Shown: positions 5,860 to 13,788 of the stretch, piece by piece
How the letters are laid out: each line of letters begins with the position of its first letter
Position numbering within the stretch: the stretch's first letter is position 1
Assembly: GCA_026002795.1 (NCBI GenBank)
Contig: BPGA01000001.1
Location: 90,001 to 122,000 of the forward strand
Origin: Candidatus Saccharimonadota bacterium
GTDB lineage: Archaea; Nanobdellota; Nanobdellia; Pacearchaeales; GW2011-AR1
Reading direction: 5' to 3'
DNA length: 32,000 nt
Made by a program: the position numbers and the translations under genes
Notes under the pieces: generated by a model
Databases searched by the model: none
Seen by the model: only the letters and a program-made list of their open reading frames with translations
What the model was told of the DNA's origin: nothing

Positions 5860-7602
5860 CTAAAAACCTTTGAAAGCCTTTGTTTCTATTTCTATATTTA
5901 AATTTTTTATAAACTCTTCTAGTTTTAAACTTTTTATTTTTTTGTCTCCTTTGATTCTAACAGCTATCATATTTTCCTTTTCCTCTTTATCTCCAATAAC
6001 AACAATATAAGGAATTCTCATTAGTTCTGCATCCTTAACTTTTATATCTAATGGAACTGACCTAAAATCAGAGTCTATCCTTAGATTTGGCATCTCTTTT
6101 AGGATTTTGTCTATAATTTTTTGTGAGTGGTTTATGTTTCTGTCTGTAAAGCTTAAAACCCTTACTTGAATTGGTGCTAGCCAGGTAGGAAGCCTTCCTT
6201 TTGTATGCTCTAAAAGAATACCTAAAAACCTTTCTATAGTGCCAAAAATTGCCCTATGTATAACTAAAGGTGTTTTTTCTTTGCCGTTTTTGTCAGTATA
6301 CTTTAATTCAAATCTTTTTGGCATCTGCATATCTAGCTGAATTGTTGTAAGCTGCCAGCTTCTACCTAAAGAATCTTTAATGTGAATATCGATTTTTGGG
6401 CCGTAAAAAGCTCCTTCTCCTTTTTTAATGCTATATTTTACTTTTGATTTTTTTAAAGCAGACTCAAGTGCTTTTTCTGCAAAATCCCACTCTTCTTTTT
6501 TTCCTAAAAGGTTTTCTGGCCTTGTTGAAAGTTCAACAGAGTATGGAAATTTAAAAACATCTTCATAAACAATTTTAAACATTTCAAAGATATTCATAAT
6601 CTCAGATTCAAGCTGCTCTTCTGTACAAAAAATATGGGCGTCATCCATTGTAAGCTTTACAACCCTAAAAAGACCGCTTAAAACACCTGAAAGCTCTTTT
6701 CTATGAACAATTCCAAGCTCTGCAAATCTTAAAGGCAGCTCTTTATAGCTTCTTGGTCTTATTTTATAGATTAGCATTGCAGGAGGGCAGTTCATTGGCT
6801 TTATAGCAGCTTCCTTGCCTTCATGTGTTGTTATAAACATGTTTTCTTTATAATAATCCCAATGGCCTGAAACTTTCCAGAGTTTATTGTTGTAAATGAA
6901 GGGTGTTGATATTTCTTTGTAAGAAAACTTTTTCCAAAGGCTTCTCATAAATGAAATAAGCTCATTGTAGATTATAAGACCATTTGGATGTAAAAAAGGA
7001 GCTCCTGGAGAAACATCATTAAAGCTAAACAAATCCATTTCTTGGCCTAAAATTCTATGATCATAACTTTTTAGCTTGCTTTTATCTAGTGTGCTTTTTG
7101 TTATGCTTCTTAAGATTGTTTTAGGATCTTGATCTTTTTCTTTTTTAAGAGATAGCTCTTCTTTAAGCTTTTTTTGATTATCTTTTTCAGCTGAAATCTC
7201 TCTACTTAACTCTGAAAGCGGATGGCCTTTAACTTTAAGTTCAAATTCTTTATAATAACCAAATGGAGCTGAAAAAACACTAAACTCTTTTTTTAGCTCT
7301 TTTTCTGCATTTTTTAGAATTTCAACTGCTTTATCAGGTTCAGAAAGATTGCTTGAAAGATGAGCATAAGGATAAAGAACAATATTTTTTACCTTAACTT
7401 GGGAAGCAATATCTTTAATGTTTTTTATAAGCTCAGAAACAAATTCGGTTTTGTCTTCTTTTTCAACAGCTGTAAGAACAAGTAAAGCTTCTTTAATTGT
7501 TTTTTCCTTTTTTTCATCAGAAGAAAGATCTTTTACAGATTTAAGGGCTTTTTTTATGGGTTTAAACTTTATATAATCAACATGTAAAGTGATTATTTTC
7601 AT
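5860..7602 (-). CDS. thrS: threonyl-tRNA synthetase, archaeal type, with N-terminal DTD-like editing domain
   Basis: The N-terminus MKIITLHVDYIKFKPIKKALK...LLVLTAVEKEDK matches the archaeal editing domain. The class II core has HRILGQEMDLFSF, NCPPAMLIY, DDAHIF, VIHRAIFGTIERF and a C-terminal anticodon-binding domain. Confidence 0.93.
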   Translation of the reverse strand: MKIITLHVDYIKFKPIKKALKSVKDLSSDEKKEKTIKEALLVLTAVEKEDKTEFVSELIKNIKDIASQVKVKNIVLYPYAHLSSNLSEPDKAVEILKNAEKELKKEFSVFSAPFGYYKEFELKVKGHPLSELSREISAEKDNQKKLKEELSLKKEKDQDPKTILRSITKSTLDKSKLKSYDHRILGQEMDLFSFNDVSPGAPFLHPNGLIIYNELISFMRSLWKKFSYKEISTPFIYNNKLWKVSGHWDYYKENMFITTHEGKEAAIKPMNCPPAMLIYKIRPRSYKELPLRFAELGIVHRKELSGVLSGLFRVVKLTMDDAHIFCTEEQLESEIMNIFEMFKIVYEDVFKFPYSVELSTRPENLLGKKEEWDFAEKALESALKKSKVKYSIKKGEGAFYGPKIDIHIKDSLGRSWQLTTIQLDMQMPKRFELKYTDKNGKEKTPLVIHRAIFGTIERFLGILLEHTKGRLPTWLAPIQVRVLSFTDRNINHSQKIIDKILKEMPNLRIDSDFRSVPLDIKVKDAELMRIPYIVVIGDKEEKENMIAVRIKGDKKIKSLKLEEFIKNLNIEIETKAFKGF

Positions 7603-7783
7603 TATTTTTAATAGAAAGACTGGTTTAAAAAATTAATCTAAATATGGGCTATAAAGTTAAAATCCTTATTTTGGTTTTGATGCAATGATGAAGAAGGTAA
7701 AAAATTTATTAATTTTATTTTAAACTTTTTTAAGAAGTACGAATAAAGAATTTTCAAGATATTTTTTTAAGGTTTTTTATTTT

Positions 7784-8068
7784 TCATTCTTTTTTCCGCT
7801 TTTTTCCGTTGTTATAATATGATAATATGTATTGCCTATACATTGCTTTTTTTATTTCTCTCCACCTACCTAAAACAGTATGTCTTGTTATAAACATCCT
7901 TCTTCCTTCTCTGTTATATGCAATTGTTTGTTCAATTTTTAACTCTTGGTAGACGGCTCTAAATGTTAAGCCTGTCCTAAAATCAGAATAAGAGATAATT
8001 TTTAATTGCTCGTTCTCTGAGTGCTCATCCCTTAAATAATTCTTATTAACCTCTTTTTCTAAGCTCAT
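7784..8068 (-). CDS. hypothetical basic protein
   Basis: ORF track, 94 aa. No recognisable motif. A TTTATAAA box on the gene strand lies about 25-30 nt upstream. Confidence 0.5.
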   Translation of the reverse strand: MSLEKEVNKNYLRDEHSENEQLKIISYSDFRTGLTFRAVYQELKIEQTIAYNREGRRMFITRHTVLGRWREIKKAMYRQYILSYYNNGKKRKKE

Positions 8069-8267
8069 AGACTAGCAAAAAAAGGAATAGTTTATAAAAA
8101 TTTAGTTATTGATTGTAATTTAATTCGTTTTTTAAATTCGTTTTGCATATTTTTAGTATGAGTTGTTTTAAGTTAGACTAATTCAAATAAGAGTAGTTAT
8201 TATTTTATTAATTGTTTAGTTATTGATTATGTTAGTGTTTTAACCTAAATTTAACATAAACTTTTAT

Positions 8268-9377
8268 TTATTTTTTAAATAAGAATTTATCAATTTCTTT
8301 TTTTGCTTTTTCTCTTTTTTTTTGATGCTCTGAAAGAAAAGCATTTATTTTTTTAATTAGATACTCTTTAAGCTCGCTAGTAAGCATTTTTCCGCTTCTA
8401 TAATCTTTTTCAATTTTTTCAAGCTTTATGTCGTCTGGCTCAAAAAGCATTTTTAAATACTGAAAAGAAACATCAATTTCAGGATTGCCTCCTTTTTTTC
8501 TATGCTCTTCAATTGTATCCTGGCCACCTGAAAAAGCATATTTTTTTATCTTAATTTCAACTTCTTTAGGAGAGTCTAGTGTAAAGATATTTGCCTCTTT
8601 ATTATCTGAAGAAGAGGTTTTTCCTTTACCAGTTAGCGGAGGAAGGAATGAGCCGTGAATTATTGCTGGTTTAAGATAACCAAGCTTTGGATAAACATCT
8701 CTTGCAACCCTAAAATGCGGATCTTGGTCAACTCCTAAAGGAATTAAACACGGAATATTTTTTCCTTTAATTTTAGAGGGAAGAATTGCTGGAACTGCTT
8801 GCATGCTTGTATAAAAAATCTGTCCTATGTTATTTTCATTTGTAAACCCAAAAGCTGCTTTAACAGTAGAAAAAGTTATTTTTTTAGCAAATTTTATAGC
8901 TTCTGGATACAAAATATTTGCATGTTTAGTATCAATTAAGAACTTTGTTTTTTTTGGATCAAATCCAAGAGCAATTACATCAAGCATATTTTCATAAGTC
9001 CATCTTTGGATTTCTTCATAGCTTTTATCTTTAAACAAGAATTTTTCATCATCTGTAAACTGGAACCATAATTCAACATCAAAAACATCTTGAAGCCATT
9101 TTGTAAACAACCATGTTTGTAAATGCCCTAAATGTATCGGCCCAGATGGACCGCAACCAGTATACAAAAAGAATTTATTTCCTTTTTCGTATTCATCAAG
9201 CAACCAGTTTAAGTCTCTATGAGCAAAAAAAACACGCCTTTTTAACATAAAATGAAGCTCTTTTGTATGACTTTTTATTCTTTCTAAAAGCTTATCATCT
9301 ATTTTTGATAAGCCAAAATCTTTAATGAGTTTTTCATAATCTATTTTACCAGAAACCTGCCAGGGAGTAACTTTCAT
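8268..9377 (-). CDS. trpS: tryptophanyl-tRNA synthetase, archaeal/eukaryotic type
   Basis: Motifs seen: VTPWQVSGKIDYEKLIKDFG, YTGCGPSGPIHLGH (HIGH), FTDDEKF, DQDPHFRVARD, GKTSSS (KMSKS-like), FSGGQDTIEEHRKKGGNPEIDV. Confidence 0.92.
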   Translation of the reverse strand: MKVTPWQVSGKIDYEKLIKDFGLSKIDDKLLERIKSHTKELHFMLKRRVFFAHRDLNWLLDEYEKGNKFFLYTGCGPSGPIHLGHLQTWLFTKWLQDVFDVELWFQFTDDEKFLFKDKSYEEIQRWTYENMLDVIALGFDPKKTKFLIDTKHANILYPEAIKFAKKITFSTVKAAFGFTNENNIGQIFYTSMQAVPAILPSKIKGKNIPCLIPLGVDQDPHFRVARDVYPKLGYLKPAIIHGSFLPPLTGKGKTSSSDNKEANIFTLDSPKEVEIKIKKYAFSGGQDTIEEHRKKGGNPEIDVSFQYLKMLFEPDDIKLEKIEKDYRSGKMLTSELKEYLIKKINAFLSEHQKKREKAKKEIDKFLFKK

Positions 9378-9519
9378 TTTAATAAAATTTCAATTCTTTT
9401 TGTTGTTTTTAATTAAATGCTTCTTAATTTTTTAAATATATCTAAAAATTAAAAAAATATTAAAGTTTTTAGATTGTTATTTCTTGTTTTTTATCTTTTG
9501 TTTTTTTAATTCATATAAA

Positions 9520-9529
9520 TTTATAAATA
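9520..9529 (+). promoter_or_regulatory. TATA box TTTATAAATA, 29 nt before the ATG at 9549 (leaderless-style promoter)
   Basis: The same 10-mer at the same spacing occurs at 16322..16331 before the ATG at 16351. Confidence 0.45.
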
Positions 9530-9548
9530 TTCTTCAATTTTAATTTTA

Positions 9549-11618
9549 ATGAAAGTTTCAATGAAAAGAGGTTTTAAGAATTTTTTAAATTTTTTAGTTA
9601 TATTTGTTGGTTTTTTATTACTGATTCCAGTTGTGTCTTCAGAGATAATTTTTAATCAACAACCAGAAACAGTTCATAATTTAGGTGATAAGCTTCCTAT
9701 ATCAATAACTATAAAATCTCTACAAGAAAAATCTGGTTTTTTAGAGATAAGATTGATTTGTGATGGACAAGAATCAGCTTTCTACAAAAACCCTTTTTCA
9801 ATTTCGCCTGGTGAAGAAAAAAAAGTTGAAACTACTCTAATTCTTGAAAAAAGATTTATAGGAGAGTTAACTGGAAATTGTTTAATAAAGGCTTCTTTAA
9901 ATGACGAATACAAACTTTCAAACCCTTTTTATATTTCTTCTTTAATCTTTTTAGAGCCAAGTTTTCAATCTAATGAATTTAATCCTGGACAAAACATTTC
10001 TATTTCTGGAAAAGCAACAAAAGAGAACAAAGCTAATGTAAATGGATTTATTGAAGTTTCATTAAATGATGCAAACAAAACAATAATAAAAAAAGAATCA
10101 ACAATAAATAACGGAATTTTTAAATTTGATTTTATTCTGCCGAAAAATATAAAATCTGGCTTTTATAGCTTAAGTTTTTATGCATATGAAAAAGACATAA
10201 ACAATGAGATAACCAACACTGGAAGAGTAGATAAAAACATAAAAATTCTTCAAATACCAACAAATCTTGAACTTGTTTTTGAAACAAAAGAAGTCGAACC
10301 TGGAAAAAGTTTAAGAGTAAAACCAGTACTTCATGACCAGGCTGGGGATCCTATTGCATCGAGTGTTTTTTTAACAATAAAAAATTCAAAAAATAAAATT
10401 GTTGAACAGGTTGAGGTTCCTACAGATTCTTTTTTTGAGTTTCCAATAAAATATAATGAAGCTCCTTCTGAATGGAGTATTTTCGCTTTGTCAAACAAAA
10501 TTTCTTCTGAATCTAAATTTAAAATTTTAGAAAAAGAGAGTGTTGATGTAAAAATAATAAATCAAACAATTTTGATAACAAACACAGGAAACGTAGCTTA
10601 CAACAAAACAGTTCTTGTAAAAATAGCTAACGAATCTTTAGATATTGATGTTTTTCTTGATGTTGGTGAGACAAAAAAATATATTGTTACGGCGCCTGAA
10701 GGAAAATATAGGGTAGAAGTTTTAACAGGAAATGTTGTTTCTTCTAATGAAGTTTTGCTTACAGGAAAAATTTTTGAGGTTAAAGAAGCTCCTGCAAAAA
10801 TACTAAGCCTTGTTAGTCATCCTTGGGTGTGGGTTTTTGTAATTGTTATTCTTGGGTTTGTTGTTTTAATTTTATATAGAAGAGGTTACAAAAAAGCCTT
10901 TATTGGAACAGCTCCTGCTTCTACCCTAGAAATTCCGAAAAAAAGAATTGAGAAAACAAAAGTAGTTAGTGCAAATGAAATTTTAAATATTCCAATGCCA
11001 CAAACAACTTTAATTGATTACAAAACAAAGGCAGAACATGTTGTATCAATAAAAGGTGAAAAACATCTGGTTTCTCTTGTAACTTTATACATAAAAAACT
11101 TTAATGAAATTAAAAATGAAAAAGAGGGTGTAAAAGAGAGTATTAATAAAATAATTAAAATTGCGGAAAGTGAAAAAGCAATTATTTATGAAACAGGAAA
11201 TTCTATAATTTTTATCTTATCTCCTATAAAAACTAAAACTTTTAAAAATGAAGAAAGAGCACTTAAACTTGCTGAAGAGATAAACAACTCTTTATCCTAC
11301 CATAATAAAATCTTTAAAACTAAATTAGATTATGGAATTTCTATAAGTAAAGGTTATATTGCAGCTAAAGTTGAAGCTGGAATTTTCAAATTTGCTGATT
11401 TTGGATCTTTGATTTTAAATTCAAAAAGATTAGCATCGTCAGCAAAGAACAGCATTTTGCTTTCAGAAGAAATGGCTTTATCATTAAAAGATTTTGTAAA
11501 AACCTCTCAAGTTCAAACAGCTTCTGGAGTCAAAGCATATTCAATAAAAGAAAAAAAAGATTATGATAAGCACTCTTCTTTTATAAGAAGTTTCTTATCT
11601 AGAAATAAAGAGAAATAA
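9549..11618 (+). CDS. single-pass receptor-like membrane protein with an extracellular beta-rich domain, one TM helix and a cytoplasmic degenerate class III cyclase-homology domain
   Basis: ORF track, 689 aa. Signal peptide FLVIFVGFLLLIPVVSS. TM helix HPWVWVFVIVILGFVVLILY followed by RRGYKK. The C-terminal ~160 aa follow the cyclase pattern: LVSLVTLYIKNF, ETGNSIIFILSP, YGISISKGYIAAKV, FADFGSLILNSKRLASSAKNSILLSEE. Confidence 0.75.
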   Translation: MKVSMKRGFKNFLNFLVIFVGFLLLIPVVSSEIIFNQQPETVHNLGDKLPISITIKSLQEKSGFLEIRLICDGQESAFYKNPFSISPGEEKKVETTLILEKRFIGELTGNCLIKASLNDEYKLSNPFYISSLIFLEPSFQSNEFNPGQNISISGKATKENKANVNGFIEVSLNDANKTIIKKESTINNGIFKFDFILPKNIKSGFYSLSFYAYEKDINNEITNTGRVDKNIKILQIPTNLELVFETKEVEPGKSLRVKPVLHDQAGDPIASSVFLTIKNSKNKIVEQVEVPTDSFFEFPIKYNEAPSEWSIFALSNKISSESKFKILEKESVDVKIINQTILITNTGNVAYNKTVLVKIANESLDIDVFLDVGETKKYIVTAPEGKYRVEVLTGNVVSSNEVLLTGKIFEVKEAPAKILSLVSHPWVWVFVIVILGFVVLILYRRGYKKAFIGTAPASTLEIPKKRIEKTKVVSANEILNIPMPQTTLIDYKTKAEHVVSIKGEKHLVSLVTLYIKNFNEIKNEKEGVKESINKIIKIAESEKAIIYETGNSIIFILSPIKTKTFKNEERALKLAEEINNSLSYHNKIFKTKLDYGISISKGYIAAKVEAGIFKFADFGSLILNSKRLASSAKNSILLSEEMALSLKDFVKTSQVQTASGVKAYSIKEKKDYDKHSSFIRSFLSRNKEK

Positions 11619-11696
11619 AAATTATGAAAAATTTAATGAAAAACCTTGTAAGATCTGTAAGATTTTAATACTTTCTTTTTTATTTTTTTAGTTTTT

Positions 11697-12512
11697 CTAT
11701 TTTTGGGTGTTTCTTGTTTTTGGCTGTTGCTTTATTTTCTGTTTACTAAATCTTGATAAAAAATCTTTTAATGAATACCTGAAGACAATCATCTTAATAA
11801 TTAACCCTGAACTTAAAAATAAAAATCCTGTTATTAAAGAAAACCAAAAAACACTTCCTGCTTTATTAAGCAAGATTCCTAAAAATAAAGAGTATGGTTC
11901 TTTAAATATCGAGAAAACAACACCTAAAATAATTTTAAATACAAAAGCTGAAATTATAATTAAAAAGCCTGCAAAAATAGGCCAGTTTATTTTATTTTCT
12001 AAAAAAACATATGAAATAGCAGCTAAAATAAGAGCAATTCCTAATGTAAGGTAAAACTTATCTCTGAAATAATCTTTGGCTTTTTTTGAAATTAAGAATA
12101 AAGGAATTTTTTCTTTGCTAAAACAATCAAAAAATCCGCATTCATATTTTTTAAAATAAAAACCATAAACAAAACTTTCCACCACATTATTAATTATTTC
12201 TTCTTTTGGTTGTGAAATAGAAGAGCATGAAATTTTTATTGTGCTATTTTCAAAAGAAACAACATACTCTTGCACATTTGGATTTTGTTGACAATAACTT
12301 TTAAATTGGTTTATGTAGTTATCTATTTCATAAGAAACATTATACTTTAATATTTCTTTGTCTGCTATATCTTTTACTAAATTTTTTGAGTTTTCTTGAA
12401 CGTTTTCATAGCTTAAAGAAAAAGTTAAAGAAGCAAATGTAAAAGTAATTAAAAGAAGTAGAAAAATTATAAAAGTTAAAATCAAAAGCAAAGTTCCTTT
12501 AATGAACCCCAT
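11697..12512 (-). CDS. hypothetical multi-pass membrane protein
   Basis: ORF track, 271 aa. It has an N-terminal TM helix, a Cys-containing external segment and several C-terminal hydrophobic helices. Confidence 0.7.
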   Translation of the reverse strand: MGFIKGTLLLILTFIIFLLLLITFTFASLTFSLSYENVQENSKNLVKDIADKEILKYNVSYEIDNYINQFKSYCQQNPNVQEYVVSFENSTIKISCSSISQPKEEIINNVVESFVYGFYFKKYECGFFDCFSKEKIPLFLISKKAKDYFRDKFYLTLGIALILAAISYVFLENKINWPIFAGFLIIISAFVFKIILGVVFSIFKEPYSLFLGILLNKAGSVFWFSLITGFLFLSSGLIIKMIVFRYSLKDFLSRFSKQKIKQQPKTRNTQK

Positions 12513-12629
12513 AATAATTTAAAATTAAATGGTGTTTATAAATTTAATATTTTTTTAAATTTTTAAAAAAAGAGAACTATAAATATAGTTCTATAAAATT
12601 AGAAAAATAAAATTATTTTTGAAGTATTT

Positions 12630-13667
12630 TTAAGTGCAAGAAGAAGAGCTAGCATAAATAGTTCCTTCGCTATTAACACAAACATATCTATTGCCTGTAC
12701 CTTTAAGATTATTAACTGATATTTCTCCTGTTTTAGAAATAACCATTCTTTCTTGGCCTTCTGTAAAGAATTTTAATGGATATTCCCAAGACACCAATCC
12801 ATTATATGAGTTGTGATCACTTGAAGCTAAAACAACTGATGCTCTATTATTTTCGTCTGTACCAACTGAAAGATATGATGCGGTTGTACTAAGTAATTGA
12901 AGAACAGTATCTGTAGGTTGAACATACATTCTAAAAGAATCGTTTCCAATTAAAAATTTAGCACCATTAGGCGGAACAATAATTTCTCCTTTGTTTTTTA
13001 TTGTTAAAAGAGCATATCCTGGTGTTCTAAATTCTGTAATTCCTGAACTGTTTTTATTTATAAACAAATATTTACCATCATTTCCACCATCATAAACAAA
13101 ATCGCCATCAGAAGTGTAAAATGTTGTTTTTCCTTGTTTTGCTCTTATTGTTGAATCTGGATGCATACTCTTAATTTCAAATGTTCCATTTGGTTCTGAA
13201 GTTCCAATACCAACATATCCTTTATCATAGTATATAACATCTCCTGCACCTGAAACAGTGCTACCTGTCAAAAAATTAGCAAAAAAACCAAGCAAACCTG
13301 TCCTGGTTCTACCAGTACTTGCGTTCTGCTCTGAAGTTCCTCCCTGCGTTGAGCATTTTCCAGAAATACAAACATAATTTTCTCCGTAAACTTTACACTC
13401 TGAATCAAAAACGCATTTAGACTCTTTTATTTGGCTTGTTCCTTCAACCTCCTTAGATTCTTCTGGAGAGCTTTCGATGCTTTTGTTTTTCTGAATAGAA
13501 AAAATGACAATAGCAATAAAAATAGCTACAGCAATAATTCCAATAATCAAAAAAAATTGAAGGTTTTTTTGTAATTTATGAGATGGGTGTTGAGAATGTG
13601 TTTGGCTGTATAAATGATGATGTGAATGGCCTTCAGGAGAATTTTTATGATGTGTGGGATAACTCAT
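12630..13667 (-). CDS. membrane-anchored surface protein with a His-rich N-terminus, a small Cys-rich module and a VGIGT tail-fibre-like domain
   Basis: ORF track, 345 aa. The N-terminus is HHKNSPEGHSHHHLYSQTHSQHPSH, followed by a TM helix. Then come CVFDSECKVYGENYVCISGKC and YVGIGTSEPNGTFEI. The C-terminus reads GNRYVCVNSEGTIYASSSSC. Confidence 0.75.
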   Translation of the reverse strand: MSYPTHHKNSPEGHSHHHLYSQTHSQHPSHKLQKNLQFFLIIGIIAVAIFIAIVIFSIQKNKSIESSPEESKEVEGTSQIKESKCVFDSECKVYGENYVCISGKCSTQGGTSEQNASTGRTRTGLLGFFANFLTGSTVSGAGDVIYYDKGYVGIGTSEPNGTFEIKSMHPDSTIRAKQGKTTFYTSDGDFVYDGGNDGKYLFINKNSSGITEFRTPGYALLTIKNKGEIIVPPNGAKFLIGNDSFRMYVQPTDTVLQLLSTTASYLSVGTDENNRASVVLASSDHNSYNGLVSWEYPLKFFTEGQERMVISKTGEISVNNLKGTGNRYVCVNSEGTIYASSSSCT

Positions 13668-13788
13668 TTAAAATAAACTTTTTATACCTCCTTTTTTATT
13701 CGTTAATTTTATTTTAAAATAAATAAAAGAATATTTTTAAATTTTTTCTTTAGAAACCTTTATTAAGTTTATAACTTTTTTTATTTTT

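Noticed and set aside
13668-13700. AAGGAGGT on the gene strand upstream of 12630-13667 as a Shine-Dalgarno site.
   Set aside because: It lies about 18 nt from the ATG, which is too far, and an in-frame stop immediately precedes the ATG, so there is no alternative upstream start.
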